A DNA stretch of 64,000 nucleotides from a virus: IMG/VR virus record IMGVR_UViG_3300008267_000018, positions 1 to 64,000 of that record; one strand, 5' to 3'. Position 1 is the stretch's first letter; each line of letters starts with the position of its first letter. Of the stretch, positions 9,597 to 17,681 are shown piece after piece. Position numbers and translations under genes: made by a program. The notes under the pieces were generated by a model. It searched no databases and had not been told where the DNA came from. It saw only the letters and a list, made by a program, of their open reading frames with translations.

Positions 9597-10487
9597 TTAA
9601 ATTAAATCAGGATCATATACATTACAACGTTCAATCTGGCTGTAGTACTCTTCAACGACCTGCAGCCAGTCTCCCCTCAGAGAGTCCAAGAACTTTCGGG
9701 AAATCTTAAAGACTTGTGTACGGACAGGAGTTGACACCAGGATGGCTGCTTGCTGGACCCGCATCCCAAGAGTTTGCTCAATACCAAGGTCATAAGCTGC
9801 CAACTGCTTGCAGGTTTTTTTGAATTTCATGTGACCACCCAAGAGATCACGCCATTCGACCGACCCTTTCTCCAGGTCTTTAGGCCACTTGCGACTATAC
9901 GGTTTGACACTGGTTTTTAAGTCGGCAAGCGTCAGTTTGTTTCCTACGACACCAATGATGTCAGGCGAGCCAACCCAAGCTCGCCCTTCATCGTCATGTG
10001 CCCATACTCTACCGATACCATCGTCTGATAATGTGAATTGATGTTTGTCGAGCAGAGGAGTTTCTGCCCATAACACCTCGTCAAACTGATCAAGAATCCC
10101 TGGCATACCCGACCAAAATTCCTGGTAGTCAGCAGGAATTTCAGGGTTCTTATCCCCTTTCAGGTAGCACTCCATGCCATAGTGGATAGCAGTGCCGCGC
10201 TCTGCAGCAGCTTCCTTTACGCCTGGATTGTTTTTACTCCACATCTCCAGCTTCCGTTTGTTAGCTTCGGAGGCTGTCTCTGAAATAATTGTAGTTACAC
10301 TGGGCGCCGGCCCTGTTACAAACGGGGTATGGTAATGTCGCTTTCCGTTAATTGTAATACGGGCGGGGCGGCTGTTCAGCTCCCGCATCAACTCTGGTTG
10401 CTCTTGATATTTCAGCGACCATGGATCGCTTGATTCCAGTTTAGCAACCATTAACGGTTTGTGTATATTGTTTATAACATAGCGCAT
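9597..10487 (-). CDS. PD-(D/E)XK exonuclease (Cas4/MGME1-like)
   Basis: PSVTTI, RGTAIH, GSPDII..LADLKTS, QLAAY. Confidence 0.85.
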   Translation of the reverse strand: MRYVINNIHKPLMVAKLESSDPWSLKYQEQPELMRELNSRPARITINGKRHYHTPFVTGPAPSVTTIISETASEANKRKLEMWSKNNPGVKEAAAERGTAIHYGMECYLKGDKNPEIPADYQEFWSGMPGILDQFDEVLWAETPLLDKHQFTLSDDGIGRVWAHDDEGRAWVGSPDIIGVVGNKLTLADLKTSVKPYSRKWPKDLEKGSVEWRDLLGGHMKFKKTCKQLAAYDLGIEQTLGMRVQQAAILVSTPVRTQVFKISRKFLDSLRGDWLQVVEEYYSQIERCNVYDPDLI

Positions 10488-10498
10488 TTGTCAATCAA

Positions 10499-10894
10499 AT
10501 GACACTTGATTCTTTTGAGTATCCGTGCGCGCAATGTGGTATGTGCTGCAAACAAGTAGGAAAAGTCCTGGAAAACCGTGCGGCAGTACTTCCCTTACTA
10601 CAAGACACGCCCCTTGGTCAATACCTAGTTGACTTTCCGTATCAAGCAGCGGAAGACGGATCGTGTGAGATGCTTGAAAACAACGTCTGCCTGGTGTATG
10701 ACAATCGACCCACCATTTGCAATATCAAGAATTTTGTTGAAAACCTACCCTCTGAACAAAAAGTTTTGCATTATTTAAACAACGTAGACGCTTGCAATGC
10801 CATGATGGATGCAGCCGATGTCGACCCAAGCTTGCGTATTGACAAGCAACAAGTGGAATCAGAACTACACTCTTTACTTACCGAGTCCGCATGA
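10499..10894 (+). CDS. YkgJ/FliB-like Cys-cluster (Fe-S or Zn) protein
   Basis: CAQCGMCC..CEML..CLVYDNRPTIC. Confidence 0.85.
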   Translation: MTLDSFEYPCAQCGMCCKQVGKVLENRAAVLPLLQDTPLGQYLVDFPYQAAEDGSCEMLENNVCLVYDNRPTICNIKNFVENLPSEQKVLHYLNNVDACNAMMDAADVDPSLRIDKQQVESELHSLLTESA

Positions 10895-10982
10895 AAGGCT
10901 TTGAAATCTCCATCGGCACAGTCCTTGGTGCAATCTTGGTACTGACTATCATTGATATCTACATCATCTTTGGCTCTCACTG

Positions 10983-11132
10983 ATGACCAGTAACCTCACC
11001 CGGTTTTACCTAGAAGAAGAGTTTGAGTACGTTACCAAGACTCCGGTCATCGATGTAGAAACTACGGAGGCCGATGAAATTGAGCAAAAACTCAAAGATC
11101 AAGATATCATTTATACACGCGTTGACTTGTAA
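10983..11132 (+). CDS. 49-aa acidic hypothetical protein (preceded by a 30-aa hydrophobic ORF at 10891-10983)
   Basis: Manual translation; TGATG and TAATG translational coupling at both ends. Confidence 0.5.
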   Translation: MTSNLTRFYLEEEFEYVTKTPVIDVETTEADEIEQKLKDQDIIYTRVDL

Positions 11133-11875
11133 TGTCCGAAGCACCACCCATCGAAATGATCGGCACCATGGTCCTCAACGGGGCCGATGATTTGTGGAAG
11201 CATTTTTCAAGTATTGACCATCCGCTCAAGCGATACGTTATTGTTGATAACTCAATGGGCAAGTACCCCGCAGTGCGAGGTACTATTGAACAAATTAAAC
11301 AAGACAAACCTGAGCATATTGACGAAGTTGTAATACTTCAAAACAATTTGAACGTTGGCTTTTCCGGTAGTGTCAATCAAATTGTTCGCCAGAATACCGA
11401 TTGCCCCTATTGGTGCATCTTTTCGGTTGATTGGCACCCATGCCCAGGTGAATTAGCCAAACTTGCCAAGCGCTTTACGCAACCTTTTAATCAATTTTTA
11501 TGCGACGAAACAATGAGCGGATATTCCGCTATGGTATTTAAGGCCCAGCTTGTTCAACGGGTTGGCCTCATGGATGAAAACTTTTTCCCCGCATACTTCG
11601 AAGACAATGATCATCGGTATCGCATGGAACTTAATGGGCTCTCATGGGATTACTTTCCGTTGGCCTTTGAACACAAAGTCAGCAGCACCCTGCATAGCGA
11701 CAAGAAATTTGAAAACCGAAACAATGTCACATACCACAACAACGCAATGTACTACCTCAAAAAATGGGGAGGATTACCTGGAAACGAACAGTATGAATCC
11801 CCTTTCAACAGCGAAGCCCCAGCCTCCTACTGGAGCTATGATCCAAAACGAAGCGAGAAACAACGATGGATCTGA
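11132..11875 (+). CDS. Glycosyltransferase family 2-like
   Basis: VIVDNS, NVGFSGSVN, GLMDENFFPAYFEDND. Confidence 0.85.
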   Translation: MSEAPPIEMIGTMVLNGADDLWKHFSSIDHPLKRYVIVDNSMGKYPAVRGTIEQIKQDKPEHIDEVVILQNNLNVGFSGSVNQIVRQNTDCPYWCIFSVDWHPCPGELAKLAKRFTQPFNQFLCDETMSGYSAMVFKAQLVQRVGLMDENFFPAYFEDNDHRYRMELNGLSWDYFPLAFEHKVSSTLHSDKKFENRNNVTYHNNAMYYLKKWGGLPGNEQYESPFNSEAPASYWSYDPKRSEKQRWI

Positions 11876-12711
11876 GTCTTTACGGCGGGACGGGCATTAT
11901 TGGTACTTATTTCAAAGGTTTATACGACTGCAGTAGTATCCCACGCGACCAGATTGAACCCCTGGGAGACGAGGTACTGTACTTAATTAGTACAACAGAC
12001 AACACTACGTTCAAAGAAAACCCGTTCGTTGATGTAGACACCAATCTTGTGCAGCTTTTGCATAGGTTGGAAGCCTGTCGTCGCACTGGGATTAAGACAT
12101 TCAACTTTGTAAGTAGTTGGTTTGTCTATGGCTCTGGCCACAACTGTCCCAATGAAGAAGTCATTTGTGATCCAAAAGGCTTTTATTCAGTCACCAAGTA
12201 TGCCGCAGAAAAACTGTGCCGCACATACTGCACTGCTCATGGGATTAACTACCGCATCCTGCGTCTAGGCAATGTCTATGGCCATGATGGTTACGGTGAT
12301 TACAGGCGCCATGCTTTGCATTACCTTATTAGACAACTGAAATGGGACCGGGATATTAACGTTTACATCAATCTGTCTCGTGATTACATCCACATTCTTG
12401 ATGCTTGTCGGGCCATTTATTTGGTCTGCAAGCAAGGCGCTCTTAACTCCACGTACAACATTGGCACAGGCATTGCAACACGCCTAGGTGATTGCCTGGA
12501 CCAGGCTAAAGACTTACTTAAATCCAAAGGGTGCGTCCTTCGTTCTAATGTTCCTTGTGATTATGACCAAGCAATTAGATTTTCTTTGGACTGTGGGCGT
12601 CTTTTTAGGTTAGGATTTGAACCACAGATTGCCATCCAACAAGGCATCACAGATCTATGTCTAAATCGAAAGTTCTGTACTCCGGACCGTACTTTGATGG
12701 AGCAGAAGTAG
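11866..12711 (+). CDS. NAD-dependent epimerase/dehydratase (extended SDR)
   Basis: GGTGIIG; SSWFVYG; YSVTK (YxxxK); RLGNVYG. Confidence 0.9.
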   Translation: MDLSLYGGTGIIGTYFKGLYDCSSIPRDQIEPLGDEVLYLISTTDNTTFKENPFVDVDTNLVQLLHRLEACRRTGIKTFNFVSSWFVYGSGHNCPNEEVICDPKGFYSVTKYAAEKLCRTYCTAHGINYRILRLGNVYGHDGYGDYRRHALHYLIRQLKWDRDINVYINLSRDYIHILDACRAIYLVCKQGALNSTYNIGTGIATRLGDCLDQAKDLLKSKGCVLRSNVPCDYDQAIRFSLDCGRLFRLGFEPQIAIQQGITDLCLNRKFCTPDRTLMEQK

Positions 12712-13913
12712 AAGCTGCTATCAAGACACTTGAGAAAGGTGTCTGGTACCCAGCCGGCAAAGAGGTTGAAAAGTTTGAGCGTCAATTCTCCAAACGTTTC
12801 AACTTCAAAGAATCTTTAATGGTCAACAGCGGTAGCTCCGCTAACCTTGTCATGGTTGCTGCCCTCAAGGCATACTATGAATGGCCTGATGATGCTGAGA
12901 TTATTGTCAGTGTTGTCGGCTTCCCCACTACCGTCAATCCCATTATTCAAAATGGTCTGACCCCCAAGTTTGTTGACATCACCTGGAGTGATCTAAACTG
13001 GGACCTTGATGAGGTTGAAGATGCAATCACAGACAAAACGGTGGCTGTATTTAGTAGTCCTGTTCTGGGCAACAGCTATGACATGGATCGTTTGGTCGAT
13101 ATTTGTGAACGCCGTCAAATCAAACTCATTGCTGACAACTGTGATTCGTTAGGTTCTAGGTGGAATGACCTGTACCTAACAGAGTATGCAGTAGCTGCAT
13201 CCTGTTCTTTTTATCCTGCGCACCACATCACCACTCTTGAAGGTGGCATGGTATCTTCTAACAACCCAGAGATTATCCGTTTAGCTCGCCAGTTTGCCTG
13301 GTGGGGGCGCGACTGTTATTGCGTTGGCGCCTGCAACATGCTTGCCAATGGTAGTTGCAACAAGCGGTTTGATAAGTGGCTTGAGGATTACGATTGCGTA
13401 GTCGACCACAAGTATGTGTTCAGTCAGATTGGCTACAACCTAAAGCCGTTGGATCTGCAAGGTGCAGTTGGTCAAGTTCAATTACGCAAGTTTGATGAGA
13501 TCCACGACTTGCGTCGTGATAACTATTCTTTTATTAAAGAATGTTTTGCAGAATTTCCTTCTGAAGTTCGTGTAGTTGACGAGAAGCCACAAGCTGAAAC
13601 GTCATGGTTTGGTGTGCCAATTGTGTGTGACAATCCTAAAGTGAAGCATGCACTTCAGCAGCATCTTGAAAAGAATGGTATTCAAACGCGTAATTATTTT
13701 GCTGGCAATCTACTATTGCATCCAGCTTACAAGCATCTTGGCAATCCCAAAGATTATCCAAATGCATACGAGGTACTGAAACGCGTATTTTTCCTTGGTA
13801 CTTCCCCTACCTTGATTGATAGCGACTTAGATTACATTAAGAAAGTCCTTCAAGATTTTAAAGCCACATCACCTGTTGCTGTTGATGGATACTCTTTTTG
13901 TTTTAACTTGTGA
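12657..13913 (+). CDS. rfbH: CDP-4-keto-6-deoxyglucose 3-dehydrase (RfbH/DdhC, DegT family)
   Basis: VNSGSSANL; SFYPAHHIT (His in place of PLP-binding Lys); WGRDCYC; TRNYFAGN. Confidence 0.85.
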   Translation: MSKSKVLYSGPYFDGAEVEAAIKTLEKGVWYPAGKEVEKFERQFSKRFNFKESLMVNSGSSANLVMVAALKAYYEWPDDAEIIVSVVGFPTTVNPIIQNGLTPKFVDITWSDLNWDLDEVEDAITDKTVAVFSSPVLGNSYDMDRLVDICERRQIKLIADNCDSLGSRWNDLYLTEYAVAASCSFYPAHHITTLEGGMVSSNNPEIIRLARQFAWWGRDCYCVGACNMLANGSCNKRFDKWLEDYDCVVDHKYVFSQIGYNLKPLDLQGAVGQVQLRKFDEIHDLRRDNYSFIKECFAEFPSEVRVVDEKPQAETSWFGVPIVCDNPKVKHALQQHLEKNGIQTRNYFAGNLLLHPAYKHLGNPKDYPNAYEVLKRVFFLGTSPTLIDSDLDYIKKVLQDFKATSPVAVDGYSFCFNL

Positions 13914-13959
13914 AGCAATGCTGCCTACCTTTATACTTAAAGCACCTAGTGAATCTCAA

Positions 13960-14166
13960 ATGGCCCTGTCCAATCAAGTTAAACAATCCGTCAATGAAGC
14001 AGCCGGTAATTTGCGCGAAGCACTAGCCTTTGCTGCACGCACAGAACACCCTATTGTCATCAGTAGTCTGACAGAGATTCTTATGCGTTTAGATTCTCTG
14101 GAGCAAATGGAAGAGTTTATGGATAAGTTTGGTAAATCCAAAGAAATCCCAAGCTCTCTTGGCTAA
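13960..14166 (+). CDS. Hypothetical protein
   Basis: MALSNQVK..; TATACT upstream. Confidence 0.6.
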   Translation: MALSNQVKQSVNEAAGNLREALAFAARTEHPIVISSLTEILMRLDSLEQMEEFMDKFGKSKEIPSSLG

Positions 14167-14306
14167 CTACTCAGAAGAAGATCGACTTGCCGATTACTTT
14201 TGGAAGCTGGAAAGTGTAATACCCCAGCCTCCAAGTAATTGGGCTGTCAATGTAAAACCGTGTAAGTGGCTTAAACTAATAGAAGAAAGAAATAATAAAG
14301 CCTCTA

Positions 14307-14591
14307 ATGGCACAGGATGATAGCAAGTACTCCAAGCCGGAGTTACGTGAAGGTATTAAAGATCGTGTGATGGCTGGCTCCAAGGGTGGCAAGCCAGGCC
14401 AATGGAGTGCACGCAAGGCCCAACTTGTTGCCCAGCAATACGAGAAAGCAGGTGGTGGCTACAAGGGCGGCAAAAGTGAAAAGCAAAAGTCCCTAGAGAA
14501 ATGGGGCAAAGAAAAGTGGCAGACCAAAGACGAGTACGAAAAGCGCAGTAAGGCTAAAGCTGCCGCCAAGAGGTATAAAGATGGCGAGTGA
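14307..14591 (+). CDS. Basic protein, DUF5872-like N-terminal half
   Basis: GSKGGKPGQWSARKAQL..YEKAGGGY. Confidence 0.7.
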   Translation: MAQDDSKYSKPELREGIKDRVMAGSKGGKPGQWSARKAQLVAQQYEKAGGGYKGGKSEKQKSLEKWGKEKWQTKDEYEKRSKAKAAAKRYKDGE

Positions 14592-14790
14592 TAAAGCAAT
14601 TCAATCCGGTTACACCAAGCGTTACTTACCAGAGAAAGCGTGGGCCTCATTGTCTAAAGAAGAACGTGAGGAGACGGATCGCAAGAAACGCGCTGGTAGT
14701 AGAGAAGGAAAACAATTTGTATCCAACACAGAATCAGCAAAGAAAGCTGGTAAAGCAGCACGTGCATCCAAACGTTACAAAGATAAATAA
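14581..14790 (+). CDS. Basic protein, DUF5872-like C-terminal half
   Basis: RYLPEKAW..KKRAGSREGKQFVSN. Confidence 0.65.
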   Translation: MASDKAIQSGYTKRYLPEKAWASLSKEEREETDRKKRAGSREGKQFVSNTESAKKAGKAARASKRYKDK

Positions 14791-14823
14791 CTCACCTATA
14801 CTTAATAAAGATTCCTGATCATC

Positions 14824-15018
14824 ATGGAAAAGAAAAAAGCCATTCCCCCCAAGAAAGCTGTGCCTCCTGCCAAGGGTAAGGCTGCACCTCCGGCAAAAGG
14901 CAAACCTGCTCCTCCCGTCAAAGGTAAAGCTGGTGTATCTGATAAGCAAGCTGAAGCTCGTGATCGTTTCAAGGAAATGATTGCTAAGAAAAAAGAAGCT
15001 GCTGCTAAAAAGAAATAA
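14824..15018 (+). CDS. Lys/Pro/Ala-rich basic repeat protein (histone H1-like composition)
   Basis: Repeats PPAKGK / PPVKGK. Confidence 0.65.
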   Translation: MEKKKAIPPKKAVPPAKGKAAPPAKGKPAPPVKGKAGVSDKQAEARDRFKEMIAKKKEAAAKKK

Positions 15019-15040
15019 GGTATCGCGCTATACTTTCAGT

Positions 15041-15122
15041 GCTCAATATCCACGTCTCGTCCCGTAGGTATTGGCGGTAAGTAGTTAGTTCTAGATCTCG
15101 GCTTGAGCAACCGAGATTTTTT
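15041..15122 (+). ncRNA. Candidate small RNA of about 80 nt
   Basis: TATACT at 15029-15034; 5' hairpin caatatc/ggtattg; 3' intrinsic terminator atctcgg/ccgagat plus T-run. Confidence 0.55.
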
Positions 15123-15130
15123 GTTATACT
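15122..15130 (+). promoter_or_regulatory. Extended -10 promoter (TGnTATACT) for the large RNA
   Basis: tgttatact directly after the terminator, about 6 nt before the structured region. Confidence 0.55.
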
Positions 15131-15134
15131 ACTA

Positions 15135-15522
15135 AGTGATAGAGGCCAGGTCCCTGTACGCGTTAGGCACATAGCCTAGAAGGCGACACACCTGGTCCAT
15201 CACACCACCCCTATTGCTTTGTCGGTAGGGTGCAACGCATGGACCGGAAATTTCCAGTCGCCGCGTTTGCGTTAAGTCCTGCGCATGCAGGCCAGGGGTG
15301 ATCAACCCTGCCAGTTAAATCCACTGGTGAGCCGGGGACCTATTAGGCAAGCTCAATGGATTTTGTATGTAAAGCCCTGAAGCGAGCCAGGTTTTGCGAC
15401 CTGGCAACATACAGCAACACCCCTCATGCCTAGCTTGATAACGAGGACGGCTTTACACCGGGCGCACGGGCTTGCAGGCATCCTCACTCAGTTATTAATG
15501 ACGCACAAACCGAGGGGTCACT
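15135..15522 (+). ncRNA. Large, highly structured candidate ncRNA (about 385 nt)
   Basis: No ORF of 60 aa or more; more than 10 helices of 5-9 bp including nested multiloops and possible pseudoknots. Confidence 0.7.
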
Positions 15523-15593
15523 CAACCGGTAGTCCAGTGGCAGGACACCCCGACAAGGGAGTTAGATAGTTGGTTCGATTCCAACGCGGTTGA
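15523..15593 (+). ncRNA. tRNA-like element 1 (shrunken anticodon arm)
   Basis: Acceptor caaccg/cggttg; D arm gtcc-agtggca-ggac; T arm gttgg-ttcgatt-ccaac; only ccc-cgacaa-ggg at the anticodon position. Confidence 0.7.
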
Positions 15594-15595
15594 TT

Positions 15596-15670
15596 CACCT
15601 GGTCCGAGACAATTGGATAGTACGGCTGCTGCGCTGCAGGGCGATGTAGGTTCGAATCCTACCCAGGTGC
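15596..15670 (+). ncRNA. tRNA-like element 2 (non-canonical D and anticodon arms)
   Basis: Acceptor cacctgg/ccaggtg; T arm gtagg-ttcgaat-cctac; ctgc-tgcgct-gcag with 6-nt loop. Confidence 0.65.
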
Positions 15671-15699
15671 TTTAGAGTGAGCAAACTCAAGCAAGTCAA

Positions 15700-16332
15700 A
15701 TGAGTTACCTCAATCACAACCTACCTACGTTCACGTGTTACATCCGAAACGAATTCCTATACAACCACAAGCAAGGCCAGGGTGATGTGACGTTGTGCGA
15801 TGTCCACTCAGTGGCTTCCCTGGAGAAACACGTCCCTTTATTTGAAGTCTTTTTAGAGAATGGTGTCAACTGGACAAGGCGTCCAATTCACGCTCTCTGC
15901 TGGAAGCCAGACGCCCCTAAGCCTGAGCTTAATGAATGCATGTGGTGGGATTGTTTCTCTCCGTATATTGATGTGCAAGTCCGGTCACGCCTCTCAAACT
16001 TACGTGCCCAGCTAATTACTTTTAAAGGGGAGAAGAAAGGTGGAGTCTATATGTTCACCCTTGACTGGTCATGGGAATCTAAATCAACTCTTAATACAAA
16101 CTTTAGTGAAACACCTGAGCATAAGTGTGCGCACTTCTTCCGGATGGATGATGGCAACTTCTATGCGTATCCCAATAACCGAGTCATCTGGTACGACGAT
16201 GCCTGGCTTAAGAACCGCATTGAAAAAAATCCTGGTTACGAGATTGACTTGACTGAGTACAGCGTGGAGAATTCACGGATGATTGAAACGTCCGATCACT
16301 TTATATACGAGACAACAGTCACAAGCAACTAG
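15700..16332 (+). CDS. Conserved phage hypothetical protein directly downstream of the RNA locus
   Basis: 210-aa Trp/Cys/His-rich ORF; WWDCFS, EHKCAH, GNFYAYPNNR. Confidence 0.75.
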   Translation: MSYLNHNLPTFTCYIRNEFLYNHKQGQGDVTLCDVHSVASLEKHVPLFEVFLENGVNWTRRPIHALCWKPDAPKPELNECMWWDCFSPYIDVQVRSRLSNLRAQLITFKGEKKGGVYMFTLDWSWESKSTLNTNFSETPEHKCAHFFRMDDGNFYAYPNNRVIWYDDAWLKNRIEKNPGYEIDLTEYSVENSRMIETSDHFIYETTVTSN

Positions 16333-16363
16333 TAATTTACTGTTATATTTACTGCAGTAATGT

Positions 16364-16621
16364 TTGGCTTTGGTGCCAACCTCCAAAGAAAAGCTCCAGC
16401 GCAATAGACAAAAGTTTCTTGAATACAAGAAGACTTTGAATTGCCAGCACTGTGGGTTGGATGATCATCGTGTCCTTGAGTTCCACCATGTTGGTGACAA
16501 GGACCATAACATATCAAATATGGTCAACCACGGATACGGCTGGCGCCGCATCGAAGAAGAAATAAATAAATGTATTCCACTATGCTGCAACTGCCATAGA
16601 CTTGAGCACTGGACCAGCTAG
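16364..16621 (+). CDS. Small HNH-like zinc-binding protein
   Basis: CQHCG..LEFHH..EINKCIPLCCNCHRLEH. Confidence 0.75.
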   Translation: MALVPTSKEKLQRNRQKFLEYKKTLNCQHCGLDDHRVLEFHHVGDKDHNISNMVNHGYGWRRIEEEINKCIPLCCNCHRLEHWTS

Positions 16622-16655
16622 ATGCAGTATACTATTCATAATTAAAATTTTAATT

Positions 16656-17105
16656 ATGAAAAAATGCAGTCAATGTGCTTTACTAAAACCTTTAAATGAT
16701 TTTTATAATGAGCCAAGAGTCAAGGACGGCAAACAAGCAAAATGCAAAACTTGCCACAAAAAAATTACTGAAAAATATCGCAAAAATAATCCAGAGATTT
16801 ATAGAAAAGCTAGTTTAAAAAACTGGCATTCTTTAGATATTGAAGAAAGACAAGCAAGATGGATTAAACGATATGGCATTACCACCAAAGATTACAAACA
16901 GTTACTTGAAAAACAAAATGGTGTTTGTCAGATTTGCACAAAAAGCTGCTCTTCTCGACAGTTTTTATCTGTAGATCATTGTCATAAAACAGGAAAAGTT
17001 AGAGGGCTGCTTTGCGTTAAATGTAATACAGCCCTAGGAATGTTAGATGATAACGTTGAGTATTTTACTGCCGCAATTAATTACCTTAAGAATTCCGAAG
17101 AGTAG
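16656..17105 (+). CDS. Endonuclease VII-family homing endonuclease
   Basis: CQIC..LSVDHCHKTGKVRGLLCVKCNTALG; AT-rich. Confidence 0.85.
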   Translation: MKKCSQCALLKPLNDFYNEPRVKDGKQAKCKTCHKKITEKYRKNNPEIYRKASLKNWHSLDIEERQARWIKRYGITTKDYKQLLEKQNGVCQICTKSCSSRQFLSVDHCHKTGKVRGLLCVKCNTALGMLDDNVEYFTAAINYLKNSEE

Positions 17106-17646
17106 CTTTAATTTTCCAGGCTGCTTTAAATGCCTGACCTACAAGATCCGCCATATAATTTTGAACATCAATTGCACCTACCTTGGCGGCAACAGGCTCC
17201 AGCTTTTTGGCTTTCATGCCAAGCTCTTCAAGGTTTTTGTAATACACGCCAAGCATGTCAGTGCTTTTGTAGGAAGTCACAACTTGCATAGGAGGAGCTG
17301 CATCTTTAAGCCCACTACCACACATAGGGAGTAAATAATCCATGCTGCGAACAAACTCAGCAAGGGTATCAAACTGTTCAAGGTGCGCTTCATATTGTTC
17401 TTTTAAAAATTCATGTAAGCCAAGAAAATTTGAACCCTCAATATTGAGGTGAATAAGATGTGACTGTGTCTCCAGCTCCTTGAGGTAGGCACACAGAGAG
17501 ATGCATTGCTGGATGAATGCACCTACATCACCACCAGCCTTGGACTTAGCGGGAGCTTTAGGTTTGTCCTGGGGCTGAGGAGCTGATTGAGGCTGAGGAG
17601 TTTCAGCTACTTGGTACTGCTGAGGGGTAGGGGTATACATAGTCAC
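17086..17646 (-). CDS. Dps/ferritin-like protein
   Basis: HLIHLNIEGSNFLGLHEFLKEQYE..D.LAE ferroxidase-type motif. Confidence 0.8.
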   Translation of the reverse strand: MTMYTPTPQQYQVAETPQPQSAPQPQDKPKAPAKSKAGGDVGAFIQQCISLCAYLKELETQSHLIHLNIEGSNFLGLHEFLKEQYEAHLEQFDTLAEFVRSMDYLLPMCGSGLKDAAPPMQVVTSYKSTDMLGVYYKNLEELGMKAKKLEPVAAKVGAIDVQNYMADLVGQAFKAAWKIKATLRNS

Positions 17647-17681
17647 ATGGCAATAGTACTAGTTTATCAGTCATTAATGCC

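Noticed and set aside
9597-10487. Cas4-like nuclease as evidence of CRISPR
   Set aside because: Stand-alone PD-(D/E)XK exonucleases are common in phage replication modules; no array or other cas genes.
15135-15522. RNase P RNA, tmRNA or group I intron identity for the large RNA
   Set aside because: No GAGGAAAGUCC P4 motif, no tmRNA ends or tag frame, no interrupted host gene, and no group I P7 consensus recognised by eye.
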